From the NCBI GenBank assembly GCA_030264375.1, contig JASCQW010000168.1:12805574-12869573 (forward strand): 64,000 nucleotides of DNA, given 5' to 3'. The translations under genes were made by a program, and so were the position numbers. The first letter of the stretch is position 1, and each line of letters starts with the position of its first letter. This DNA is from Carcharhinus longimanus. Lineage: Eukaryota. Shown piece after piece: positions 14,074-28,870 of the stretch. The notes below the pieces were generated by a model. It ran no database searches and was not told where the DNA came from. It worked only from the letters and a program-made list of their open reading frames with translations.

Positions 14074-14219
14074 ATTTTAGATTTGGGACATTGAAATACC
14101 TCAATTGACTTTGCTCCAAAGGAAGACAGATTCATACTTAAGAATATAAAGTATATTCTTAACTATGAATCCTTTGGAGCAAAGTCTATTGAGGTATTTC
14201 AATGTCCCAAATCTAAAAT
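14074..14219. repeat. Long near-perfect inverted repeat (hairpin)
   Basis: Arms of ~68 paired bases, 2 mismatches, one 7-nt bulge, 3-nt loop at 14149-14151. Confidence 0.95.
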
Positions 14220-14923
14220 CTAACCTTTAGTGAGGACAGGAAAATTAGATTTAAATGATATAGAGCTGCCATAACGTGCAAAAGTAGTGAAGCAGGCTCC
14301 CTGGAATGACTGGCTTCTTGCTCTTCCTATGTTCCTATTGATATTTGATTTATTAATAGTCAGCTATGGATTATAGACATATGGTGATAACATCACAGCC
14401 ACATGTGCTCCAAAATAAATGCCACAGTGAATCAATTTCATACTCATGAAATTTATCATGGTCCCACCAAAACAGCATCTACATACTGGGTTTCAACACT
14501 GCTATCTCACTCAAATGTTCAGATGATGGTTGGAAACTCTTTATGGTACTACTTGAGCCCTATGATACAACTGCTCTGTTATAAACAGGTGCAGCGAACT
14601 ATCATTACCAGTAAAATTTCATCAGTGGGGATATATTGAGAAATAATTTTGCAGTTGATTTATAGTTTGGCCATAGCTCTGGACTGTCTTTTTTGATCAA
14701 GATGCATTAAACACTGAGAAACGGGACTAGGTGCCAAGCAATAACTTGGCCAACATCATGCAGATTGAAAGTTATTTACTAGAGTTCAGGTAAAACACAA
14801 CTGTATGAATTATAAAATTTCAAGCAAAATGCTATGAAGATATCTGGTATATTTATGTTTATTGAAAATTCATCTCCTGGAGAAGCTGTCAGTACAAATG
14901 ATGTCTGACAGTGAACTGTATCA

Positions 14924-15067
<144 letters not shown>

Positions 15068-15559
15068 TCAAAGGATATCAATATCAAAACACGTGCATTT
15101 CCACAGTAACTGGTCACAAAGTAGTCACTGGAAAATCTAAAAGGTATTAATTATTTCAGGGGAAAAGTTGCAAATTACTAGAAATTAAAACATCTAGAAG
15201 AGAAACAGAAAATACAGGGAATGTATAGCGGGTCAGTCAACCATATACTTTCCCTTACCATTTTAGAATACGTTTACAACTGACAAGTCAGTTTGATGTC
15301 TCTTGTGACAGTAGTTAATGTTTCTGTACTTATACTATTGCATTGCTCAGTCTTCTTCAGGAACTTTCCTATATGGCCATACTAATCTTGACAAAGACCC
15401 ACCAACCAAAATATTAATGTCTTTCAGACATGGACAGGTCTCTGTATTTTTGCAGGGCTTTCAGCATTATTTACTTACTCCAATTCTCAGGGAGTTTTAC
15501 AGATGTTATGAGGATTAATAATTAAACTGTAATAGTATTAAGATAATGGAGGACTGTGT

Positions 15560-16461
15560 TAAGAATTGGGGAATATTATGATAAAAAAAACGAAACTGTA
15601 ATAAAATGAAAAGGGGATTGGTGTATGTAGCTGTCTGAAGGGGTAGTCTGATATGTGAATTAGCACACCAGCGAGAAAAACAAGTGCTTACCTTTGAGAC
15701 TGGGGAAAAACAATGGTGTGTAGAAGAGGTGTCTTCAAATTGGAGAGATAAGGGGAATTGGCACGTATATTATGAAAGCCGGATCCCAGGGTGGTCAAGG
15801 GAAAGGATGATATATCCATTGCACAGTTACTGGAGAAAGGGACACAGTAGAAGCAGCTACCAGGACAGCCACACCGACCTGCAGAAAAGTCTCCCCCAGA
15901 AACAAGGTATTGCTGAAAAGGAGCTGATTAAAATCCAAAACAGAAGAGACTATGGCCAGAATTTTCAGGCTCCCCACACCACCCTCCCTCCACTGCCAGC
16001 AAGAACAGAGAAATTGACACTCAGCCAAATCTCCATTTACTGCAGAGGACTGAGGAATTGCAGCTGCGGGGCAAGGTCGGAGTGTCCAGCCCTATGCCTT
16101 CACTAAAACTGAAAATGGTTTTCTCAAACATGGCGAATAACCTGTGTGTGGTAACCAACTGCTGGATTTAGCTCTTAGAATTATATAATGTTGGATGCGT
16201 TTGGGAGCAAGGAGCATCTCAGAGTTCAGGAAACATAGGTAGTTGGGGAGAAAGCGGCAACTTCACATGATACTGTCTGTGTAGCCATCAGTGTAGTTAA
16301 GTGTACTGCTGTGGTGTATTATAGTCCTTCCTGTCACGTGCTTTTCTTTCAAGTTAATAAATATTCTTTACGAATTGACCACAAAATGATAGGACCGTTC
16401 CTCCCCAGTTTGCATCTTTTCTCGCAGTATACCAAATTGAAAATATGCGCCACTGAGAACA
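15560..16461 (+). mobile_element. Possible old solo LTR
   Basis: LTR-like composition, aataaa near 16357 and an ...aaca end; boundaries and TSD not established. Confidence 0.3.
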
Positions 16462-19400
16462 ATGTCTCAAGCTACCCTTCTGGATTCTGGGATACCCTTG
16501 CATTTCACATCAGCGGGGTTCTTAACAATTGTCAGCCAGCCAGAATATACAACTTCATTCCATACAAGTGGGATGAAAAGAGAGGACCTCCCCGAGGAGT
16601 GTGAAAGACCCCATCTCCAGTTGACTCTCACCACATACGTTGGGAGCTTTTTTTCTAAAATGACACATCAAAATGTAATTACCTGTTATACAAACCAATG
16701 AGTACAAGTGAATTGGTAATAAAATTCCTCTAGAATATGTGGCCAGTAGGACTTTTAAGAACCATTTAGCAAACCAGAGACAGCATAAGGAGAGATTAGA
16801 ATGCTGTAGCAAAAAGCTTTAAGAAACCTCTCCCTCGTTTGAAAGTATTGCACCTGGATTTGCAAAGTAACCATCCTAAGAAAGAAATCTACTTCAAATC
16901 GATCTTTTGGAAATAAAACACGCAAATCTGCTCCATACAATCACGCTCAGGAAGACAATTGAACAATACAGCCGCAACATGGAATCGGTACATCAAGATT
17001 AGCCAAAAGACAGTTAACTGGATATTTCTTTGGTTGTTTTATCATCTTCTTGTACAATAAAAAACCCCTTAGGTTATCCTCTCATCTGTACTACTGAGTG
17101 CGTGTGTGGGGGCACAGGGATTTTGTGAAACAAATGAATGGTTGCAATTAGCCTACATTTTTTAATTCAGAAAGTAGGGGCATTAAACTGATCTTATTCT
17201 TTGTTTAAGCTCAGAAAACCAATCTGATTAATCTTTTATAATTTGCAAGTGTGGGCAGTGGTACACCTGCCATATCAGAAAAGCATATTCTTGCTAATTT
17301 CGTAAAACAAAACTCTTCCGGTCAGACTTGGAGTGGTAATAACAGCAGAGTTATTTTTACCCCCTCCACATGGCCATAACACAGAGCTGCATCACTGAAG
17401 CTTTGAGACCAAGTTGTCTAAATCCCTCTCCCAGCTGCCTTCCCAAACGAGTAATAGTGCACCACGGAGCTGAGAAATTGAAAATGACATGAAAAGGAAG
17501 TTTCTACACTTACCACCCGGTCATTAATGGGTACTGTCTTCATGAATCAAACTTTCTTATTGTTTTGAAAAGAAGCCTGGATAAATTTGCACAAATTTCC
17601 TTACAATTACTTGTTAGTAACATGCTGGCACTTCTCAATGTCATTTATAGAGTTAGTAGCAATTATATTTGTAAGGAAATCAAAACCGGATTCCAATGTA
17701 TTCTTTGATTCATAGTATACCCCTTCTCATCTTATGAGCTGAATATATAACACCACATAGACATAAATACCCACACAGAAATTATACATAAGCCCACAAA
17801 TGCACACATTACCCAAGTTGGGGCAAAAAGCCCTTTTCTCTGCTACAGATATTATATAATGCATAAGCACACATGAATATACCTAAGTGTGTGTTATATA
17901 AATATGTATTGACATTTTACATATCGACATGTTAAAAGCCTGTTCATTGACTTCAGAGAAAATGGCTCAGTAAGCAAGCAAAGGGATCGATCTAGATGTG
18001 GTTGGATGATGGATGTCACATTGCATTTGCAGACAGGCTGTAGTAGCTATGGGAGGATGGAGCAAGATGGATGAGCATGGCATACCAAAAATATTATTTA
18101 TCTCCAATACGAGTAAAGATTTGCTCCAGATTTCTTTTCAAAAAACAACTCAAAGTCAGCAGAAAGCAGATTACCATAACTGCTGATGGTATATTTAGAA
18201 GGGCTGGTGATACCATCATTTTGAAGCCCTTTTAAGAAGGAATTGGTACCAAGCCATCATTACAGATCACCTTCACCAGTTATAAACCCTTTTAGGATTA
18301 CAGAAGCTTTTAACTGCTCAAATTATCAACATTTACAATTCTGCAAATTCAGAACCATTGCCACTCAACAGCCAATGAAAGAAAATATTTGTTGATGTTG
18401 TGTGACTGCAACCCAATTGTACTGTGAAAATTGGAAAGGTGTACGCTCATTACACATGTAGTACAACTGTTTTATGCAGGCCATAAGCAAGAGTGCAAAA
18501 TATATTATATATTATATAATTAAGTAAAAACAAACCATTGTTTTGTATTGTTAATACACGATGATTCTAATTATTCAATGCACTATAGGATTATGCAAGT
18601 CAAATCTTTTCAAGTTGCATAGTAATCAAACTAGATTAGAAACATTTTTTTAATTTCATTGCACATAGGTGTATGATGACTCTTCACATCAATTCTTGTT
18701 GATGGGGAAGTGTGTTGAAATGGATTAGATTTTCCATCAGAGCAACTAAACGTGGCCCCAGGATTAATCAGAAACTCCTCAACATCTCTGCATAGCTATG
18801 ATTCAAACAAGGTCTCAAACTGGCCCAAAGGATCTCCTATTCTGCCCTGGACCATAATATTATTTGGTCAGGAGAAAAACAGTCCATTTTAAAGCCCTTT
18901 ATAGTATGCTGCAACTTGCTTTGTTCCTACAAAGTAAACTCTTATGCCAACCCATTCTGCAGAATAGCAGCACTGAAGTGCATGCCAGTTACAGGCACTA
19001 ATTCTTCCCAACAAAGTCTGCAGACCTACTTGAATGGATGAAGGGATCACTTTCTTGGTACGGGCAGTATTTCCATTAAGAAATTTCAACTGCATATGTA
19101 AAATCTCAAAATATTACCTGCAAGGCTTGCAGAAGCTAAAGCACATCACATCAGGAAAGAGAACGCATCTAATTATCAGCAGTGCTTGTAATGTTGCATC
19201 ACATAGTGGTCACACAGCTACCAGGCTGAGGATTATTCATGTTGGTGACATTTTAAGTTTATTGTGAATAAATACAGTAATCAATCATGAGGACACAGTG
19301 ACTGTTCTGCAAGCTCCCTCACTTTAAACAATGTATATGACATGAACGTGATACTATCGTCCCATGATTTATTCCCTCATACCAAGTCTACTGCATCATG

Positions 19401-19996
19401 TTGGCATGCTAAAAACCTGCTCACTGACTTCACAGAAAATGGCTAAGAAAGCAAGCAAAATTCTTTGAGCGATTTGGTCAAGGTGATTTCTCTGAATAAG
19501 TCTGTTCAGCTTATTATTGCCAGTAAATTGACATTCTGAGGGATGATTAAATCTGAACAAAGGAACTGAGAGATTCTTTATCAACATGATGAACTGAATA
19601 ATAGCTCATCAAAGCATGTACCCTCAAACCCCCACAGAGCAAGTTGGAGAAACCTTTACCATTATGTGTATATCAATGCATCAGACACACAGTAGTCATA
19701 TTTAAAAATGAGTACAATCCTAGAAGATCAGCAACAGAAATCCAGCAATCAAAAAACTAAGNNNNNNNNNNNNNNNNNNNNNNNNNNNNNNNNNNNNNNN
19801 NNNNNNNNNNNNNNNNNNNNNNNNNNNNNNNNNNNNNNNNNNNNNNNNNNNNNNNNNNNNNAGATTCATTATATTGATTCCTAGAATAAGGTTGGTTCTT
19901 GATAACCGCTCTCAGAGGAAAGAGTGAGCAACATGGGACCATATTCTCTAGAGTTCAGCTGAATGAAATGTGATCCCATTGTATTTGCATGAAGGG

Positions 19997-20341
19997 TGTT
20001 ACAAAGCTGAAAGTCTAGCATCATGTGAGCATACTTGCTTTTTGTGCTATGTGTAAAGAAGGATGTGTGTCTGTGGGATGGTGTTTAACTTGGAACAACA
20101 GAGATAGCTCAGTGTTATACTGCATCACGTTTAAGTCTCACACTTGGCAAAGTTATGCTCATTCTTTCTGTTGTGTTCTGTGTTCTTAAATAAACTTTGA
20201 TAAAAGCTTCTTAGTGAGTCACTTGAATCATATTTGGAGTTGGAGACCTTATCCTCACTCTAATGCCAAAATCAAATGTAAAATTTAGGGTCTCGGCTAA
20301 CTTCACAAAACACCTTGGAGTTTCTGGCTTGGATCTTAACA
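19997..20341 (+). mobile_element. Solo LTR, internally deleted, same family as 31196-31798
   Basis: TG...CA ends; shares aataaa...ttgataaaagcttc and accttgg...tttctg...taaca 3' segment; sits within CR1 fragments. Confidence 0.65.
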
Positions 20342-20679
20342 GCAGAAAAACAGCCACTATTCTGTTGAATGGTGGGGAAGGTTTGAAGTTGAATGGCCTA
20401 CTCCTCCTATTCCTTGTGTTCTTACTTTTTCATATAAAACCAATCTCTACTCACTGCTTGTACCTCACCCCACCTACATCCCCTTAGCTCCATCCAACCT
20501 CCCATTCTTTGATCCATTTAAAATATTCAATTACTAACAAATGAACTTTAAAACTCCCAACAGGATTAGTCTTTAATTCATCAGAATATTTAAAAAGCAT
20601 TTGGATTAGTACTTGGATGGGAAAGTATTAGAGGGATATGGGCCAAATGCAGACAACTGGGACTAGCTGGGAGGGCACT

Positions 20680-21665
20680 ATAAGACCATAAGACATCGGA
20701 GCAGAATTAGGCCACTCGGCCCATTGAGTCTGCTCTGCAGTTCAATCATGGCTGATTATTTTTCTCATCCCCATTCTCCTGCCTTTTCCCCATAACCCCT
20801 GATCCCCTTATTTATCAAGAACCTATCTATCTCTATCTTAAAGACAGTCAATGATTTGGCCTCCACAGCCTTCTGTGGCAAAGAGTTCCACACATTGAAG
20901 AAATTTCTCCCCATCTCTGATTTAAAGGTTAATCTCTTCAGCCTAAGGTTGCACCCCCTGGTTCTAGTTTTTCCTACTAGTGGAAACATCTTGCAGGGTA
21001 CTCTATCTCGCAGTATCCTGTAAATTTCAATATGATCCCCCCTTATCCTTCTAAACTCCAATGAATATCAACCCAGAGTCCTCAACCGTTCCTCATACAA
21101 CACTCCTCATTCCAGGGATCGTTCTTGTGAACCTCCTCTGGACCTTTTCCAAGGCCAGCACATCCTTTCTTTGATATGGAGCCCAAAACTGCTCACAATG
21201 CTCCAAATGGGATCCCACCAGAACCTTCAGAAGTATATCCCTACTCTTGCATTCTAGTCCTCTCGACACAAATGCTAACATTACATTTGCCTTCCTAACT
21301 ATCGACTGAGCCTGCACGCTAATTTGAAGAGAATATGGAACAAGTGTGCCCAAGTCCCATTATGCTTCTGATTTCCTAAGCATTTCCCCATTTAAAAAAT
21401 AGTCTACTCCTCTGTTTCTTCTCCCAAAGTGCATAACCTCACACTTTTCCACATTGTAATACCATCTGCCACTTCTTTGCCCACTCTCCTAAATGGTCCA
21501 AGTCCTTCTGCAACCCCCTGATTCCTCAATATACCTACTCCTCCGTGTATCTTTGTATCATCTGCAAACTTAGCAACAGTGCCTTCAGTTCCTTCTTCCA
21601 ATCATTAATGTATACTGTGAAAAGTTGTGGTTCCAGCACCGATGCAAAGCACACCACTAGTCACA
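20680..21665 (-). mobile_element. 5'-truncated CR1 LINE (RT C-terminal half and 3' UTR)
   Basis: KFADDTK, HLEHCEQFWAPY, LEKVQRRFTR, WNSLP motifs across frameshifted ORFs; short tandem tail near 20680. Confidence 0.95.
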
Positions 21666-22629
21666 AATACTGTTACTGACATCAATGTCATCAATTATCC
21701 CAAACTACCGTGCTTAAACATTTGTGATTAGCAATATCACTTAAGCATTCAGACATCAAGAATGATCATAAAGTTTATTTTCCATATTTCTGAATTTCAA
21801 TAGCTTCAAACATCATAAAACTGAGCTAAGTTTAGAAAAAGCGTATCCTGTTTTGATGAGATTTTTAATGTTTTTTTTATAACTCATGCACCATTATCCC
21901 CCCCCACCACAAGCAATTTTCTTTGCCACTGGCTGCCCTCCCACACCGGGGAAAAAATGATTCCACTCTCTCCAAACTTTCAAACGTCAAACTTTTTCAC
22001 ATAGATTTAGCTAAGAAAAGACCGCATTAGGTCATATGGCCAAGAGTTTAATTGGTGGTTAAATGGGTTTTAAAGACTCAGGCGAAATCACGGACATTTT
22101 TCCCCACAGTGCAGGCTCCAGACCCACTTAACACCGAGACTGGGGTCCTGAAACCTATTGGAAAAGTCCTCATTCTGGGTGCCTGAAATGGAGGGTGGGA
22201 TTTTCCAGTCCTGCCACTGGTGGGGCTCACTGATGGGGTGGCTGGAAAGTCCCAGTAGGAAGGTCTTTCAGTCCTTTGTATTCATCTTGAGTGTAGAATT
22301 GAAGCCAGTGCAGAAACAATGAGGGCCAATAGCTCAAGGTGAACTTTCGGGAAACTGTGGGACGTGGAGGGGGAGAAGAGACACGTCAAGGGAGCTCGGC
22401 TGAGGAAGGTCAAGAGAACTCATGGGGAGTTTGAAAGTTCAGGGTGAGAGTGAGTTCGGGAGGACATAAAGTTCAGCGGCATCAGTGGGACTCTGGAAAG
22501 AAGCAAGGCCCTGGAATTCAGAGGCATTGATGGGGCCCATTGCCAGAAGACTGGAAGGAGGGTGAGAGAGCAGGGGGCAGAGTTTAGAGGCTAATGGGAG
22601 GAACAAGAGTTTGGAGACTCACCTTGCCA

Positions 22630-23700
22630 CATGATCTATACCCTTCACAACATCTCATTGCAGAGAGATGACACCGTGCCTGAGTATGGCCCGGGGAGGA
22701 GGAGCCCTCTTCAAAAGAAGAAGATGAGGAGGTGCTGGAAGCCCAGGGGGATGCTGGGGAACGACAGGGGTACGCTGATGCGGATGGGAGATGTGGGAGG
22801 CATGCCCATGGTACCCAAATAGCTGAAAGGTTCTAAGAGGATTAAAACCATGTCTGATCATCAGAAGATATCTCCTTTAGCTCTCCAAGCCATTTTGTGA
22901 CTTCTGAGGGGACAGTAGTACCATCACTAAGAGGACTGATCCTGCATTCACCCTGGCACCTGGATAGATCACAAGGGTCAGATCTTAGCTGTAGTCATCA
23001 CTGTTCTGCTAGTACAATAACTCTGTCAACCTAAAGCCTTGCAAGAAAGACAACCTCAGAATATGAGGATTGCAAAGATTCAAACAAAAAAGCTTTCATC
23101 GATCTGACCATTTACTTATACACCCATGGAATGCTTTACAAAAAGTGCACTTTACTCACTGTGACGGCCACTTTAAGGTGACATCAAAACATTTTATTCT
23201 TCCTCACCCTGCCACTGTGCTTTGACGTAACCCTGACATCTGCAGCAGAGGTGGAGGCAGCCAGCTGATTGCTACATCCTGATGCCTGTGATGACCTTGG
23301 CAGATGGTGACCCAAGTCCTAGAGGGCCCCAGCTTATAAGGGTCTCCTGCTCAGGGACAGAAATGCCCTCAGTGGTTTGCAGAGCTGCAGTGGGTGTGGG
23401 CACAAGCAAAGAGGGGAGGAAACACTGAACAACTTGCACCTGTGGAGCGTCCTCAGGGGAGGTCCGCAGGATTTCTGGCTGACACTCATCCTCTCTTTGA
23501 GTTCTAGAGGGCTTAGGCAAGGCTCCTGCAGGAGATGGGGCACCTAGAGGGAGGTCAAGGGTGTCTTGATCCCACGTGGCCGAGATCCCGACAGTGCCTA
23601 TCAGGATGTGTGGCCATGGAGTGCAGGGCCAAGCACAAATCTGGCAAGGTCTCCATGGTAGTTGCCAACCTTCCCATATTGGTCTTCAGTCACTTTCTTA
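22630..23700. mobile_element. PIF/Harbinger remnant
   Basis: TLHNISLQRDD plus acidic stretch resembles the HARBI1 C-terminus on +; GC-rich decayed sequence at 23230-23700 could be the convergent partner ORF (inference). Confidence 0.45.
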
Positions 23701-23829
23701 TTGGAGCCAAGACATTAGACAGAACACAGATGGACTCATCTATGGCACTCTCTAGTCTGCTGAGATGCTCTTCAAGCTCAACTCAATGCTCCGCTGACTC
23801 TCAGGTCAGTCAAGACTGCTTCAGCTAGG

Positions 23830-26800
23830 ACGGTGACCAGATTCCCCCATGTCTTTGCCAATTGAAACTCTGAGCAAAATTCTTGTCACTGAGCTCAACA
23901 AATCCCAATGAAGTTTGGCTCTGGAACTGAAAAATTATTTGGAAGAGTCATGGAGTCCAATTCAGTCCTCCCTCGACACCATTCATCTAGCTGTGGATTC
24001 TCACGCCAACACCATTACTGACATCAAGACATCCCTCTCAAACCACAGCAACAGGATCTGCACAGAGTCCAAGCTTGACTTCACTGATTACAGACAGTGT
24101 GTTGTCGAGGGTTCAAATTCAGTCTCAGAAAACTGGTCAAGATGACAAAACCCACACCCTGTTAGACTACCAGAAGGCAGCAAAGAAACCAAAACAGTTT
24201 ATGTTGGTTTTGTTCACAGACATGGTGAGCGAGGAGACTTTCCTCAAATCCCCAGATTAAATCAGATAGCATCGTACCCTTCAAGTAAAACCTTGCTCAG
24301 GAAAGCCCACAAGCCATGGTCGTATGGTTCCATTACTAAAAGGAGAAGGAGCTGGTTCTTCGGTGGGTAAAGGAGAATTGCAATGTCATCTACCAAGGCC
24401 ACTGAGTCAGGATTTACCCAGACATGAGTGCAGATCTGGCAAAGAGGGGAGCAGCATTTAACCAGATCCATGCTGCACAATAAACTTCAGGCTTATTCAC
24501 CTGTCTGTCCCCGCATCACACGCAACAAAGAAGACCATTTCGTTGACACGCCAGACTAGGTGGATTCTTTCCTTCAGTGAAGTATATTAAATTCTTGACT
24601 GGTTGGGCCTGTTAAACATGAATTTGTCTCTACTCTCGGACTGCATTCCAGCTATGAAGAATGACAGCACTGGACTTCTAAGATTTATATTTGCATTGTC
24701 ATTTAATGCTGTATATCCCTGCTTCTGTGAGGACATTTGGATTGAGTCTTTCAGTTATGGTCACAATATGTGGCTACCCCGAATTAACCCGAAGTGTTCG
24801 GCATAGCCTGGTTATCCAAGTTAAACCTTCAGTTTTGCCTTGCATATCCTGTGCTTGAATGCCTGTATTGGTCACTTACGCGTTCAAAACTAAGGGCACG
24901 TTTAACTTCTTTGACTGCATTAGCGCTCTTACGATGCAGTGACTTTTCAAAATATAGTTTACACATCAGGGGCACACACTCTTGTTAACAAAGTTGCTTT
25001 ATTAACAGAGGCTCGTCTTGTTTTATAACGGTGAGTTTAGGATTTGACTTACAGTTTTATTTAGTTAGCCGGCAGTGTGGAGGGTATGGGGGGCAGCGGG
25101 AGCAATTTTATGTTGACAGTAATCAAGGGCCTCTATTTGGCCATACACATTTTGTTATGGATCCTCTCAGCCTTGCTCTCTTCTCCTTTCGGTTTACTGA
25201 CCCGTTTGTAAAGTCTTTCTATATGGATGACTAGCTCAGGTGGCCAGGGTGGTATGGGGCTCTCAATCAGACTGATAATGTGGAATGTTAGGGAGTTGAG
25301 TGGCCTGGTCAAGTGTTTTCACATCTCAAGGATGATAACACCTTCAGGAAACGGACCTTCATGTTAACAATCACACCAGATTACGTAAAGCATGGCCTGA
25401 CCAGTTGTTTAATTTCAGCTTTGACAGCAAAGTTAGAGTTGGCAATTTTGATTAACGAGTACAGTTCTCCCCCTTAAACAGAATTCCAGATCCTGGACGA
25501 CATTACACTAGTTAGTGGCACGCTTTTTCAAACCATCAGACTTGGTGGATGTTTACACACATAACTGGGACAATACAACATTACATTGCTTCTATCCTCC
25601 TTTCCCAATCTAGACACCCACCATCTTACCTTTGGAGTGGATCCAAACTGTGTTACAGATCCCAAGACTGTCACCTCTTCTGGAATGTTGAAGGCTCTTT
25701 CCACATTTATGATTCAAATGGGTTGTGTTGATCCTTGGCGTTTCCTCCACCATGAGGGATTTCTCCTATTTTTCTCATGTCTACCATGCTTACTCACACA
25801 TTGACTACTTTTTGTTAGATAGAGCTCTTCTCCCCACAGCTTTCAGAACAGCTGAGTATTCCGTCACAGTTAAATCAGACCATATGCCCCACTCCCCTGA
25901 CCTGACTCTTATACCCAAAGCTAAACGTCAGTCTCCATGTAGTTTTAACACAAACTTACTGTCTGACAAAGATTTTTGTACATTTATATCCACCAATATA
26001 AATGTTTTTATCAAAACAAATAAACACAATTCCATTATCCCATCAGTACTATTGGGGACCTTCAAAGCCGTTCTCCACGGAAACATAATTTCTTACAATG
26101 CAAATATTAACAAAGAAAATTAAAACAACCAGAATTGGTGGATTTAGTTTTAGAAACAGACCGTCAAGATTCCATTATCTGCATTCCTGAGTTAGATGCA
26201 GAGAGGCAGCTTCAGAAACAAATTGACTTGTACTCAGCTTTACTTGTGGAGAATATGTCACAATGGTCAAGAGAGATGTTTGATGAACACGGGGACAAAG
26301 CTCGCCACCTTCTTCCACCAACTTCAGGCACCAGCTTGCTTCTCAGTTTATCGCCTAAGTCTACAACTTCGCCCTTAATTCTATGACCGATCCCTCTGAT
26401 ATTAATTCGACCTTTGCCTCTTTTTACAATAGCTTTTATAATTCGGAACCCCTGTTAGATAGCATGGCAATGGTTAACATTCTAAATAATTTGGACATCC
26501 CTCTGTGGATGTGGACACGAGCAGAGACTTGGATGATCCTTTGCATCTGGATGAGAATACAAACTGTATTAAGTGATTGAAAATGGCAAGGCCCCAGGTC
26601 CTGCTGCCATTCCTATAGACTTTTATTAAAAAATTCTCTACTCAATCTTCAATGACTCATTAGTTCAAGGTTGTCAGCTCCCAACACTTACTCAAACTCT
26701 TATCTTGTTCATACTGAAAAAAGACAGGCCCTATGGAATGTGGCTCACAGCAGCCGATCTTTCTTTTAAACACATATGCAAAGCTGTTTACTAAGGTATT

Positions 26801-28870
26801 AGCATGTTGTTTGGAGTCTCGTTTTCCTGGTATAATATCTGATGACCAAACGAGGTTTAAGGGCACCATATTATTTTCAAATGTGCACAGTCTTCTTGAC
26901 ATTACATTTCCTCAACCTCCTCGACTGACACTGAAATTGGTGCCACTCTAGATGCAGATAGGGCTTCTGGGAGGAGTGGGAGTGTTTACTATTTCAGGTA
27001 AATTTGGTTTTGGTTCAAAATTAATTTCACGGATTATTCACCTTTTCTATAACTCCCAGCTGCAAGTGTGCACAATAACTCTCTACACTCAAAATACTGC
27101 ACCCGATCCAGAGGATTCCTTTGTCTCCACTCCTCTTTGCTTTGGTGATTGGAGCCCTTCTCCACAGCCTTACAGTTGTTAACACTATTAAAGGCTATCA
27201 ATCAAGCTGGCAGAGAACATTGTGTATCTTTATATGCTGATGACCTTCTCTTACATATTATTAACCCTGTTGCTTGTATTGACGGCATTATGAATATTCT
27301 CAGCACCTTTGGCTCAATCTCTGGCTATAAATTGAATATTAACAAAAGTGAATGTTTCCCAATCAACTCTATTGCCAAGCAAATCCCCCCAGCTGCTTTG
27401 CTGTTTGGAGATCTGTTGCTGGTTTTCACTACTCGGGTGTGAACATTACACACTTTTTTGCATCTCTTCATAAAACAAACTTTGCACTCCTGGTCAACAA
27501 AATTGAGTGGGTCTGCACCGCTGAGGTAGTTTGTCTCTTCCCTTAGCTGGCAGGATTCAGTCTGTAAAAATTAACATTCTGTCCAGGTTCTTATTTCATT
27601 TTCAACGTCTGCTTATCTTTTTACCAAAATCATTTTTTGCTATGGTTAACAAACTGATATCGACCTTTAATTGGGCAGACAGGAGCCCTAGATCCTGTAG
27701 AGCAATACTTCAGAGAGGGAGATGGGATGGAGTACTATCACTACCCAATTTACTGTATGATTATTGGGCAGCTAGTTTTCAAAAGATTTTAACATGTCAT
27801 GATCCTGCTACTCACCCTGCCTCAATATGTGCCCTGCTAGACTTACCCACCTCTAAATACACATCAAACCCTGTTGTGACTTCTTACATTACAAAAATGG
27901 AAACAATTTTGTTAATATTTTAAACTTACCTTCTTTATTGAGCCCTGTTTGTTAATCTTGCTTTCCAATCTTGATTTGGTGTTTGCCTTTTGGAGGGAGA
28001 GGGAACTGCAACATTTTATTGATTTAGTTGTAGATGGGATCTTTGCTAGTTTCAATGAACTTGCAGCCAAATTTAACCTCCATAAATCTAGTCTTTAATC
28101 ACTATTTTCAAGCCCAGAGCTTTGTTCACTTTAACTATTCATCCTTTCCTCAACTACCTCCAAACACATTATTGAAGGGATTTTGTCACTGCCCCAAACT
28201 CGGAGGTTTTATTTCAAGACTGTATGATCACATGTTCTTCTCCGAGCCTCTCTTCTCCTCTCCACAAGAAAGGACTGAGAAGCTAAACTAGGACTTGACC
28301 TTGCAGATGACAGGTGGGAGGAACTCTTCTTGGGGTCAATTCCACAACCTGTTTTGCTCGGTCAAGCTCAATTCATTTTCAGGTTTTGCAAAGAATTCAC
28401 TTCACCAAGGTCAGGATCAGCAGGTTTATTTCAAACACAAACAACAAATGTGACAAATATTCATTTGGCCTGCAGACCACATCTACATGTTCTGATCATG
28501 CTTCAAGCTGGCCGGTTTTTGGTCATCCTTCTTTGACACTCTCTCCAAAACTCTAGATATTGACTTGCAATCTTGTTCTTTTATAGATATAATTGGAGTC
28601 CCATCTAAACTGTCAATCTCAAAGATGGAGGCAGATGTATTGTCTTAGTTTCACTAATTAATTTGGATGTCCCCAAACCACTCACTGCTGCATTCTGGTT
28701 AGAAGACTTCATGTCCTTTCTTTATTTGGAGAAAATTAAATAAACTATGAGAGGATCCACTGAGAAATTTTATGATAGATGACTGCCTTCTGTTTCTTTC
28801 TTTAAACAGTTAATTATTGTTGACTTTTAATTTTAAAGTTTCTTTCTTTGTATTATTGTTTGTGTCTGTT
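23830..28870 (+). mobile_element. Decayed near-full-length L1/Tx1-type LINE
   Basis: ORF1-like coiled coil and IYPDMSADLAK (~24413); endonuclease WNVR (~25280), SHIDYFLL, SDH; RT SLYADDLLL, FGSISGYKLNINKSE, LPLAGRIQSVKINIL; many stops and frameshifts. Confidence 0.93.

Noticed and set aside
17505-17580. Strong minus-strand donor GTG|GTAAGT
   Set aside because: No convincing acceptor giving a frame-preserving exon.
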